The position numbers and the translations under genes were made by a program. Under the pieces are notes generated by a model. That model did no database searches. It was given only the letters and a program-made list of their open reading frames with translations, and was not told where the DNA came from. Positions 52,143 to 64,000 of a stretch of 64,000 bases of DNA are shown one piece after another (the first letter of the stretch is position 1; each line of letters begins with the position of its first letter). Source of the DNA: Auanema rhodensis (taxonomy: Eukaryota > Animalia > Nematoda); contig OZ059900.1 in NCBI GenBank assembly GCA_964057225.1, positions 9,424,001 through 9,488,000 of the forward strand, in the 5' to 3' direction.

Positions 52143-52490
52143 ATGACTGAGAAAATCGAAGCCAAGCCTGAAGCTCAAAAGCCAATTGTTTTAACTCCTC
52201 AGATGTACATGATGGTAAGTTAATATTATAATTAAGCTATTGTTAATGAAAACTTCATACTTATCACTATCTCACAATCACTTTTTTAGCCTGTTTTGCA
52301 AGATCCTAGAAGAGATGTGGACGTTTCCAGCTTAGAGCAACGTGTAAGTTTTTCTTTTTTAATTTTTTTCATACACCATCATATAAGAAATACTATAACA
52401 TTGTATTTTTCAGTTAGCTGCTTTAGAAGAAACTCAGCGCCTCCTAGAGGACTTCTCTCTCTTGCTCAAGTCTATGAGACTGAAAAATAG
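52143..52490 (+). CDS. Three-exon ~66-aa microprotein with short coiled coil
   Basis: TTTTCAG acceptor 18 nt before ATG; MTEKIEAKPEAQKPIVLTPQMYMM | PVLQDPRRDVDVSSLEQR | LAALEETQRLLEDFSLAQVYETEK*; both introns consensus GTAAGT...YAG, phase 0. Confidence 0.75.
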
Positions 52491-53240
52491 AAACAACTAT
52501 TCGAATTAATAGATCAAATTTTACGATAGCGATCTCAAAAATGTTCTGTCTATGTAAATAACTTAATTAGCATGCATTTGTGATATCATCACCAATTAGT
52601 TGAAATTGGACTAATCATGCATCCCTTATTAATATCCATTTTTTAAAGATTTTAAAAGAAAAAACCAAATATGTCCAAATCTCGCCAATGCTAAACATAT
52701 TTAGCAAACTGTTTCTCTTTCCCGTTTTATCGCCGCTGTTCACAGCCATACAATGTCTGTTATATATCAATAATATGTGAATGAAAAGTATGAGTTTCAA
52801 TAATGAATTTGCAGCAAATAATTTAATTATTATGAATCACCTATAACCGCATATACAAATTATATGAAAGTACAATTATTTTATCGAAATTGTGAATAAC
52901 TTAACTATGGCCTCGCATATAACAACACGCTTGGTATATCCAAAGGATCAAATTCTTGTTTACATAAAAAAGGATCCGTAGGATAGCTTATGAGCAAAAT
53001 AGAAAAGGATACAATGAGATCAAGTACTCTACCTCATATGGCAGGTGTATATCATTTTGAAATCCGCCTGATGGTTCAGTTCAAATAGAAAGGTAATAAG
53101 AGGGCATGCAAAGAGATAGAGTTACGTATTGTCAACCGTGTGTAGCATTATGCTGCTAGGAGAACATATCACATATTCTGGCTTGTGCCCTCTATTGGAA
53201 ATCGCCTTTTTCATTTTTTGTTAAAAATCTAGTATAAGCT

Positions 53241-56200
53241 ATGTTGCTCATCAAAAGCAAGCATTATTATTGTTTAGCAATATCTATATTTATTGTTATG
53301 CTCAGAAAACTGAATGCTAAATATATCAGTAAGTTGTGACCCAGATCATTAGTTTTAGAAACATCAATGGTTTTCTATCATTATAGCACTTATTGTTGAC
53401 CAAGATGATGATTATGCCAATATAATGGCAATGCATTTAAATATCTCGTTCATGTACTATAAAGAAGTTTATAATGATCTTCATGAAACTACTCTCACCC
53501 GACTGATTCTACCAACATCCTCACAGGAGACATTGGGTATCATATCACTGTAAACAATAGTATTACCTAACAATTTTCAAGTCTGCTCACAATTGTCTGA
53601 ATCCACGTTTCTTATAAGTCTCAGCCGTAATTCAAAAAATCAAGCTATGCTACAAGATGTAGCAACAAATTCTGGTATTCCAGTAATTCAGATTTTAAGT
53701 AATTCTTCAGAATTGCATCAGAAATTGCTAGAAGGAGGTCTGTTTAACAGCATAACAACTACATCTGTTGAAAGATTAGTAACTATACACTAGAGTAGAT
53801 TCAGAGTGCAATAATGATGTTTTCTATTCTAATCATTGCGTAATCTCTCACGTTACATAGTTATTTTCAGATACTGGAATTGGATTTAACTTGGGCAATT
53901 ATGTGGCAGTTGTTAATCCTGTACCCGTTTTTCACGGAGTTATACAAGATATATTTCCAAGTTTAGGAATAACAACATCTGTTGCTGTACTGTATGATAA
54001 TCTCTATGGTATGCAATTCTTCAACATTCGAAGTTAACGGCCTTTGAAGGAAGATTCTCATAGTTTGTCATCCACTTTCAAAACTTTTAAAATTCACATG
54101 AGATCTCATGGGATTATGGTCTCACAATGCTATTTACTTTTATAATTTCACGCTTTTTTAACCTTTTTATGTTCTTTGTTCCTCATATATTGTTTTTATT
54201 TCCAGATGACTCATATACATCTTGGAAAGATCCGTTATTGGCTCTGCCAGTATCTACAGATTTCTATAAAATGGAACTAAGAGAGAAAAAAATTAAAAAC
54301 CAGATATCGTCTGTCACAAATAAGCATAGCATCGTGATTCTTGTGGCAAAAACTGAAAATATCGAAAAATTTGTGATGAATGCAGTTGATGCAATGGAAC
54401 AGAGAACAGTTAATTTTATTGTTCTAACAAAAGTGAGGAAAAAAGTCTTTACGCTACCTGCCATCACAATTGTTCAACATGTTTGAATTCATGTCTCATG
54501 TTTCAGGATGTCACTCCATTGCGATGCGAATTTTGTGATTCAATTTTTTTATATTGGATACGTCCGTTTCCTACTGGAAATATTCAATCATTACGATCAA
54601 TGAGAGAATTTCTGGCTGCAAAAGAACTTGGAACAGAATTAAACTATTTCATCAAAGGCTATGATGAAGTAAGATAATCCTCATTCATATATCACATCAA
54701 ACCAATTTTCCAGCTGGAAGTTGACTTCTCCATGAATATGATGAATATGGCATTTCGTTATAGCGATATTCTGAATACTACTCTAAATGAAGAGACGACA
54801 TTCACGTGTGAAGATCGTCAGATATATAATGAGCATCAAACATTACGAGCAATATTTAATAAAGATCTCAAACTCACTAAATACTTTGATTTCGGTCCAT
54901 TTGTTGAAGTTGAATCAGGAACATATTTCCAGGTTTGTTAACTGCTATTTCATATATCCTTCTCATAAGTTTTATATTGTATTCAGGATTCCCAAACCAG
55001 AATCTATAGAATAGACCGTTTAAAAGATTTTCCTGATGTTTATTATAACAAGATGGTAAGAAATAAGTAATCACTAAAATAATTGACCTGATAATATTTA
55101 AGATAGGCACGTGGACAACTACAAATCGATTAACAGTTCTTTATAACTCATTAGACGTTAATGTGCGGACATTAAATAGTTATAGGGTTGTAACTATAGT
55201 AGTAAGAAATATTATCATAATTATTTTTTAAAATATCATTAGAAAAGGTGCTTTGATATTGATGCCATTCGCTTTTTAATTGATTTTTTTCTGTATTGAT
55301 GATCAAAATCTGTTTAAACTATATTTTTTAAACTATAAAAGGTTAAGGGATAAATATATTTATGGTTTAAAATAGTTTTTGTTCTTTTAATACTATTTTT
55401 ATTATAAATTAGACTAATTTCAAACTGGTATCAATATTAATATAAGTAAAACTTTTTAGAAAAAAAACTTGCTAAACAAAGAAAAAGTAAAATTTCAAAT
55501 ATCACAATTGAAAAAGATAAAATGATTTCAGCAACCTCCATTCATTCAGTATGCGGATAATAGTAATACAACTTATGAAGGATATTGCATAGATTTATTC
55601 AATCTGATACAAGAAAGACTTAATTTCACTTATACATTATATGAAATAGAGGATGGCTCATTTGGCACACTCGATGAAAATGATAACTGGAATGGGGTGA
55701 TAGGTGCTTTGGGTAGTTGTGTTTATATTTTTTTTTATAAATTCAACTCATTTACAGTGTCTGGATCTGCTGATATAGCTTTAGCTCCACTAAGTGTGAT
55801 GGCTGAAAGAGAAAACGATGTTGACTTTACTGTTCCTTACTATGATTTAGTGGGAACAACAATTTTAATGAAACGACCTGATGTTGAGTATTCTCTATTT
55901 AAATTTATGAAGGTTTGCGTAATTCTGTGCATCTCATGTAGCATGCTTATGCTAATTAAGGTGTTAGAATGGCCTGTGTGGTTATGTATTTTTGCGGCTT
56001 ATATCTTCACCTCTCTATTGTTATGGCTTTTCGATAAATTCAGTCCATTTTCTTATACAAACAACAAAGAGCGGTTGGCTTAAAAGTTTATACATCATAA
56101 AATCTTCCATGTTTTAGATATGAGGGAGAAGCAGGCAGACGAATTTTTAATTTGAAGGAAAGTCTATGGTTCTGCATGACATCATTGACACCGCAGGGTA

Positions 56201-57436
56201 GATAATGTATAAAAAATAAAATTTCTAAGCAAAATATGTTATAGGTGGGGGCGAAGCACCCAAAAATCTATCTGGACGACTTGTTGCAGCAAGTTGGTGG
56301 CTTTTCGGATTTATTATAATTGCTTCATATACCGCTAATTTAGCAGCTTTTTTGACAGTTTCTAGATTAGAACAGCCTATAACGTAAATCGTTTATCTTG
56401 TTTTGTGCATATAGAATAATATATCTCAGATCTCTTGACGATCTTGCTAAACAATACAAAGTGGAATACGCTCCAATTAAAGGCAGCGCTTCTGAAACAT
56501 ATTTCAAACGTATGGCTGAAATCGAGGAGCAATTTTACAAGTAAACTATAACTTCTGTTTATCTATAACTAAGTAAATTTTAGTATTTGGAAGGAAATGT
56601 CACTAAATGAGAGCATGTCGCCCCGACATCGAGCCAAACTAGCTGTATGGGACTATCCTGTATCAGATAAATTTACAAACATGTGGAGGTGGCAGTAAAA
56701 TAATATTCACAAGTTATCAATCATTTTCCAGATACATGCAGGAATCCAAGTTACCAGAAAATATGTCTGTAGCTGTAGATCGAGTGCTCAACTCACAGAA
56801 TGGTTTTGCTTTTATAGGTTATTTATAAAGTTAAAGCTATTCATAATCGTGTAATTTAGGAGATGCAACTGAAATCAAGTATGCAGCATTAACTAACTGC
56901 AAGCTGCAACAAGTTGGTACTGAATTTTCGAGAAAACCATATGCAATAGCTGTTCAAACTAAACATGTGCTAAAGGATAATATCTCGAGCTCGTCAGTTT
57001 TCATTCAAAATTATGCAGAATATTTAAAAGTTCGCTTTAAGTATACTTATACTGTTGAATCAAAGACGCTTGGAAGCACTTAAAGAAAAATGGTGGAATG
57101 AAAATCCTGATAAACTATCATGTCCGGAAACAACGGATGAAAGCGATGGCATTTCTATTCAAAATATTGGAGGAGTTTTCATAATGATTTTGGCTGGAAT
57201 TATCTTATCACTCATTACATTAGTATTCGAATATTTTCATTACAAGTAAGTTATAAAGTATTAAATAATTTCACTATAAAGCAAGAATATTCCGAAAAAA
57301 CGTGAGATATTGTTTTCAAACAATAAATATTTGCAGACGAAAAGCAGCAAAGGTTGTGGATACAACAAAAATTGAAAGAAACGGCTCTAAGGAAGTTACC
57401 CAACATGAACTTGTCAACCACATACCCGTGTATTAG
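53241..57436 (+). CDS. glr-7: Ionotropic glutamate receptor, IR25a/GLR-7 type
   Basis: [96 protein letters not shown] are IR25a-class motifs. Confidence 0.9.
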
Positions 57437-59069
57437 TTATCATTGAATGGTCTTTTTCGTACCATTGTTTTAATACATACTAAATGTCAAAATACATTTT
57501 TATGATCAATAAAAGAAATTTTGTGAATAAAAGTACGTAGATCAAACCAAAAAGACGTCAGCACATTTAGAGTTAGTTACTTTTTTATGTCTGCTACATG
57601 ACAGGCAGCGACCTCATATCGTCATTCTTCCAGACATAAACAGGTCATACAATATATTCGTTGATTCCATATTCATGTTGATGTGTTAGTTGAATTTGTT
57701 GAATACATTTCAAATATTTGCAATCTCTCGTTAACGCATGCTGTCTTGTATCTCGTTTTCTTTTTACGTAGCCTGATCTTTCTCAACTTTCCTCTTCTTC
57801 TTTCTTTTGTTAATGAGATATTTTGTGCTGACTTTTTTATTGCTATTGTGATTGAGCGAGAGGTATTAATTGGATCAATTCTTTTTCCATAGACCTAAAG
57901 ACCATAGGATTTTATTTTTCTTTGAAATCTTTTTTTGATGCTTGCAGCACAAATGTAGAGCTAACAAAAACAGTTTCATTTGAAAGCCTTAATTTATAAT
58001 TCTGGTTAACTTGGCGTCGTCATAAATTTTCTGCCAAAAATGCCATGACTCTGGAAATAGCTGCTACTGCAACACTTTTTGACACGTTTTTACATCAGAA
58101 TAAGAAATAACATAATTACCTCATAGCATTTCCCTGATGACAAAGTTTTTCAAGCGTTTCCATGAATAAAACGTTGACAATCGTTAGCTTATTCAACTAC
58201 ATTTCGTGTGGGTCACCCATAACTCTTCTTTCAGTTTCAAATGATCTATGGAAACATGTATATGCAATTGCTCTTGTTTTTTTTTTCATTTTTTTGTTCA
58301 TGTTGGAACGTTTTGTTCGGTGAGGTCAATATGCTGTCAACTGATGTTCTTACATGTGCAATTGTGATGTTAGTATATCGTTTGATACTTATGTCATCAT
58401 ACAATTGCTCTATGCTCTAAAATATTCATGGAATAAAAAGAACTCATCGTTTTACATCTGTTTCATCCCAACTCTGGCCATTATCTTCTGTCATCTTCAT
58501 TGTCTTTACATTCTATTCTTCTCTCTTCTTTTTTCTGTCTGGTTCTCTAAATATTGCATACATATACTTAAAATACCCTTCTAAAACATTCACACATATA
58601 GACAAATACACATACACACTCCTCTACACATTCTCTATCACTGACTGACGAGTTTTCTCTCTTTTCCCTATCCCTTTCTATTCTTACAATATCTGCTCAG
58701 AATATCGTTCATTTTGAACACGCAAGTCACTAAGTTGCGCATTCTTATCGTCTACATTTACCACTTTGTTGAATTTCATACTTCTGCTTCTTGTGTATAC
58801 ACTGGAATTTACTAACTTCAGCTTGGATTATCCGGGTTAGCATTTTGAATTTTGAAAAGATTTCTTATGGTAGCCAGATTTTGCTCATGAATTGATCTGG
58901 TCAATAGATATATCTTCAACATTTGTTATTTATTTATAAATATAAAATTGTTGAGAAATCATTTGAAAATACTGTCTATATATTGGCTATTCTAGAAATT
59001 CTTCTTATATTTTCTACTTCTGGGAAAAGCTATTGGTCATATTAACTACTTTCTGCGCTGGTGGCTGTG

Positions 59070-59492
59070 ATGTTTATACGTGCTTTAGTTCTCATACTAA
59101 GTATTCCAATTGTTGTACAAGCTCTTAGATGTCACTTGCATCACGATTTTCAAGAAGATGGCAAGCGCATGCGAATTTTACCAGATATCTGCTCATCTGA
59201 AAAATATTGCATATCTGCCACATATCGTGATCCAAATCCACGAAAGAAAAACGGTTTTTCATCCGGTTGTGATAGAGTTGACTGCGCAGAAATTGAAACT
59301 GGAATGAATTCAGCTTGGCGAAAGCGTCATGATAACATGACATGCAGACCACATAGAGACTATGGATATTCTGGCATGATCTGCTGCTGTTCAACTGATT
59401 TATGTAACTCTGTTGTCGGATATAACCATAACTGCTTTTATAACTTAGCTTCATTTATTATTATATCGTTATTATGCAACTATGTTATTTAA
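59070..59492 (+). CDS. Ly6/LU (three-finger)-like secreted, probably GPI-anchored protein
   Basis: Signal peptide then LRC, ~10 Cys ending CCCSTDLCN, hydrophobic C-terminal tail; single coding exon. Confidence 0.85.
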   Translation: MFIRALVLILSIPIVVQALRCHLHHDFQEDGKRMRILPDICSSEKYCISATYRDPNPRKKNGFSSGCDRVDCAEIETGMNSAWRKRHDNMTCRPHRDYGYSGMICCCSTDLCNSVVGYNHNCFYNLASFIIISLLCNYVI

Positions 59493-59894
59493 CTTGTAGA
59501 CCTTAAACAAATAATATTATATATTGTTTGTATATATTTTTTATCTGAGTCTGATACATTTGCAACAAATGTCTTTTTCTATTGCAGCTTTTTATATGTT
59601 TAGAATGTCTTTATTGCTTGTTATTATTTTCGTTGTTTAGCAGTCAAAATTAGCTATTTCTTTGTCAAAATCTATGCTCACACTATCTTTTTTTTTTTCT
59701 GACTATCGAGAACCCACTTTATTGTTCACTGCGAGATCCCCATTCAAAGTGAAGCGATTGAATTGTTGTTAAAAAGTTTGTTTTTCTTTCTTTGCTGCCT
59801 GATTACTATGTCTAATGCTGTTTTGCTATTATGAACTATACAATAAATACATTACTTTTTATAAATATTTTATTTTTAAAAAATTTAAAAAATA

Positions 59895-60392
59895 CCCTTC
59901 CGGGTTAAAAAATCCCGGAGGGATCAGTCCCTTATGACTGTTTTCATCTGAAAATATAAACTAAATAGTTTAGTTTAAAAAGCTAACTAACCTGGCCATT
60001 AGCCAGCCTTTTGGCCAGCCAGGCATCCCTCAACAGTTTTAAAACTGTTTGCCTCTGAAATTATAAATTAAAACTATTATTTGTTGTATTTGACTAACCT
60101 GGCCATTATTACTGGCCTCTTTGCCAGCCGCTGGCAGCCCTCAACTTTTAATCTGAAAATAAAGAATAAATTTCATATTCATTGTGCAAACTTACTTTGC
60201 TGGAGGCTCCAGCGGCTTCGCCCATATGAATGGACTTCAGGGTTCACTGGCCCTCCCCAGTGAACCAGAGAAACCTGTAAAAGTCAAATTAGAAAAAAAC
60301 GACAAAAAAAAACTTACGCGCTTCCGCGTTTCTCCTCGTTTCCTTCATATTTCCAAACACTCTTGTCAGAGCATTCGGAAATAAGAAATAAA
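59895..60392 (-). pseudogene. Array of five small exon-like blocks with consensus splice sites but no continuous ORF
   Basis: TTTCAG/TTACAG acceptors and GTAAGT/GTTAGT donors around GC-richer blocks; two blocks duplicate each other (...TAATGGCCAG|gttag); every frame I traced hits a stop. Confidence 0.4.
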
Positions 60393-60998
60393 CTGAAAAA
60401 AAAATTTTAAAACTAGAAAACTTAAAACTTAGTAGAAAAAATAGAAAAAAAATATAATTATAAGATAATTTTTAAAAAATTTGAATATATTGATTGAACT
60501 TTAGCTTGCACTTAGGAACTTTAAAAAAAAAAATGCACTTTAATTAGAACTGTACTTGAAGATCGTTCTGAGACCAGTTTCTTAAGATTTAAAAGCTCAT
60601 TTCATGAAAATAGTTCCATTTGTAGTTTTTGAAAAAGTTTCAATTTCAAATTTGAATGGAGCACCCTAAGAATCAGTAGAATGCTATATTGGTTTGTAAC
60701 TTTTCAATTTCAATGTTTTCTAATCTTTCCTTCTTTTTTCTTTTTTTTTCATTTTCAAGATCTTCTTAATAATTAGTTCATATGTTTTCATCGTATAAAA
60801 CAGCAAAGTAAGTCAAATAATTTTATTATCTTTATATACAATATTTATAAAACATAGAAATACTTTGAAAACAAAAACAAATCATTGAGCAAAAAAAATA
60901 AAAAATTAAAGGCACATAATAAGTTAAAACAAAACATGAGACAAATTCAAAAACAATATACAAACTATACAAAATATACAAAATCAAGCTTAATTTTG

Positions 60999-61806
60999 TT
61001 AAGCTTGATATAAAGCCGGTCTTCGTCGAACCCGGTCAGGATACCGCCGGGTCGGTTCCCGTTCGACGGTGACCGGCTGATACCGGTCGCCCTCCTCCAT
61101 AGGGAGGAGGGTGTAGACGGTTAAGTCGAGCCTTATAAGGAACGGCATAACCCTGACTCGGCCGGGTTGTGCCGCCGGCTCTTCTTCAACCGGTCTACCT
61201 TCTTCTACCGGTACCGCGGCTTCCTCCTCTGAGGGAGCGTCTTGATTGACGCTCCCAGCACCTGTCTGGTCTATCGCCGAAGACGATAGACCAGAGAGGT
61301 CGCCCTCTTCAATGGGCTCCTCCATCGTGGGCTCAGTAACATGAGGGAAACTCATATTACTGGCCATACCAGCGTAAAACTGGTTCCAAATAGTGGAACC
61401 AGCCTCAACGGGTTCAAGGGTCGTATATGACCTGTCACCCATTAAGAACATCTCATCAGCGGTGAGATGGTTCTCTAAAACAAAAAATGAAATAATGTGC
61501 AACACAAACTAAAAAAATTACCTTCGCCTTCCTGGGATTCTGTTCCCGAGCTGGTGGAGGGCCCAGCTACGGCATAATCTGAAAGAAAAAAATTATTATT
61601 CAAACTAGTATGAGCTTTGCTTACCCCAGGAAGGCTCTGCTTCCTCAATGGAAACCATTGGTCCATTTGAATGGACTTCAGGGTTCACTCCTTCGTTGGA
61701 GTTCCCCGCTTCTAAAATATTATCAATTAGATCAGTTAAATTAATAGAATGACTTACCATGCTCAGGGAGAGCTTGATCCATTTCTTCATTGAAGCCGTC
61801 CCACAT
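60999..61806 (-). CDS. Four-exon acidic, probably disordered protein with basic C-terminal RRYPDRVRRRPALY motif (an upstream exon is possible)
   Basis: MWDGFNEEMDQALPEH | EAGNSNEGVNPEVHSNG... | DYAVAGPSTSSG... | ENHLTADEMF...; three phase-1 GT-AG introns keep the frame open; visibly GC-richer than neighbours. Confidence 0.7.
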
Positions 61807-64000
61807 TTCGGGACTTCCTACAATGAAAAAAGAATGAGTGCATGAATAAAATTAAGTAAAGCACGTTATCGACGATAAAACAATTAATAACGATTAATAA
61901 ATTTGGAAAAGAATTATTAGTGTCAAACAACAAATAGCAATACTGGGAATGGCAATGATGAATCATAATAAGAAAACTTTGGTCATGCTAAGATATGAAT
62001 GAGTAAATCGATTGAAATAACGTTTTTGAATATATGCGATGACAATTAGAGATCAAATCGAATCTGACACAGTATACTAGATCAAACTGGAGATCGAATA
62101 AAGTTCAAACGTTTATGAGGCATCAATAAATTTATATAATAGCGCCACTATTTTTGAATTACTGTAACATCGGATCACCACAGGGTTGTTTAAGATTTTC
62201 TACTTTAATGATTGTGTTTCTTTTTTTTTCAGTTCTTTGTTCATAAAATATAAGCTGTCTCAATGATTATATTTAAAACTTATTTTATATTCACCTGCTT
62301 ACTAACAGGCAGACCAATTCAACATAAGGTGGCTCTACTGACAGCATATGATTTCTGAATAATTATAATAAACAAGGCTTCCATCTTTTAAAATTCTGAT
62401 TTTTGTTTCTCTTTATTTTTTCAACTTCATTCTTGTAAACAACCCGTGAAACCCTTCACGAATTGAAATTAAATATTAAAAATATACACCCTACTCGAAA
62501 ATGCGTACGCAAGGATTACGGTATATGAGCAAAAAGAAGCCGCTGATAAAAAGATATAAAGATGAGGAGATATCGTAATTTTATAAAATTATTCGTTCAT
62601 CCCGCCTCAAATTCTTTATAAACAAGTAATTTTTAAAATTTAATGTGTTAAGGTAACGTGTAAAAAATTGCTCGTCATATTGAGATTACGGTAGGTCTGG
62701 GGCACATCAATATGGCTTGGGCTGTGGGCGCAGGGCATCTTTGTTTCTCATTCTTAGTAATGAAGTAAAGGCTGCTTTAGCGATCAAATTCAAAACTTAG
62801 GGCCTGCTTACCAACAATTTATTTTTGTGACTAATAAGTTTTAGTAATAAAAAATTTAATATAAAAAAAAAGGAAAAAATGAGGTTATTAGCATTTTTGT
62901 TTGATTTATGCTATGAAACGTGATGTCATGATGCCACTATAAGATAGTCGTAGCTTTGATGGATTGTAAGTACTAAGTTTACTCTAGTGGCTTGTGAAGT
63001 AGAATAATAACTTTTAGATTAAAGAAATGTGAAGCTTTCTGTTTCTTAAGTGGAGAAATTATCAAAATTTCTTCGAAATATGAGAGCTACTTCTTTCTTT
63101 TTAGAAGAGGGGAATAACTCAAATATCTACCGTAAACTAGAATCGCTTGAGTATTCGTAAGAGAGAAACAAGGTTGGATGGATGACAATTGGAATACTTT
63201 AAATATTCGACTTGATATTGAGCGAATTATATAATACATAATTTGATATATACTCAAATTGAGTGTCTTGCAAAATATGCCCTCCAAGCATAACTAAACG
63301 AAGCTTATTATTGAAGGTACGGTACATTTTTAATTTAACTTATTATAATTTGAAAGAGAAAATAAGGATTGAAAGCTCAAAGGCCAAAGTCTGTTATATA
63401 CATCCTGTCATTGGCTGGTTTTAGGTGCTGAGGAGATTTACCACATGAGTTGAAGTTTAAGCTTTTGAGTGTTTTGTATATGTTGAGAGGTTCAAAAATA
63501 TCGTAAAAGATTGATTTGCAAAACGTTCTGACGAAATATAAGTAAAACAATAAACCCAAGAAGATTCATTAGAACATTTTTTATGAGAATGTTATATTCT
63601 TCGAAATTCTTGACAAGTGAGAAGAAATTGAAGAGAAATGTTGATTGATATCGCTTCTTACGGTTTGTTCAGTATTATTTATACTAATAATATAGCAAAA
63701 ATATTAAATAATTCTCAATTCTTGTCTGATATTTTGTATAGTTTGTATGTTTTTGATGAAACTCATGAATATCATTATATGTAACTATATGTTTTTCTCA
63801 GACGTTGAAGCAAAATGTTTCCAGACTAAGCAAGAAAAAAATGTCTTAGATGATAATGAGAAGGAAAAAGAAACAAGAGAAGTAAAGAAACAAAAAAAAG
63901 AAAAAGAAACATAAAAAAAGAGAGAAGAGACAACCTAGCTGGAGCTCAACGAAGACCAACTGACTAGACTGGCTTCAACGTGAGCAACCTCCCGCTGATT

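Noticed and set aside
62513-62700. Two GATTACGGTA words as further copies of the bipartite promoter motif
   Set aside because: TGCTCTATTG partner is absent at the 28-nt spacing.

Overview
AT-rich eukaryotic genomic DNA that is clearly nematode (40-55 nt introns, TTTTCAG-type acceptors, cuticle collagens); the species cannot be named from sequence alone. Recognisable genes: fatty acid synthase (fasn-1), a head-to-head pair of near-identical cuticle collagens, TBC1D23 and a COG7-like gene sharing a divergent promoter, the IR25a-type glutamate receptor glr-7, a Ly6/LU-type protein and a secreted Cys-repeat protein. There are also several orphan genes and two microproteins. The first 8.37 kb is an almost perfect palindrome (base i pairs with 8374-i, ~155-bp spacer) carrying an orphan gene family with a conserved bipartite promoter motif. 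The most unexpected signal is a pair of diverged ~450-510 nt non-coding elements (33533-33979 intergenic; 38756-39267 antisense inside an oversized TBC1D23 intron). They share seven collinear conserved blocks separated by different hairpin-rich sequence, the pattern expected of a structured RNA family that I cannot assign to a known class. Exon boundaries were inferred by eye; no searches or folding computations were run.
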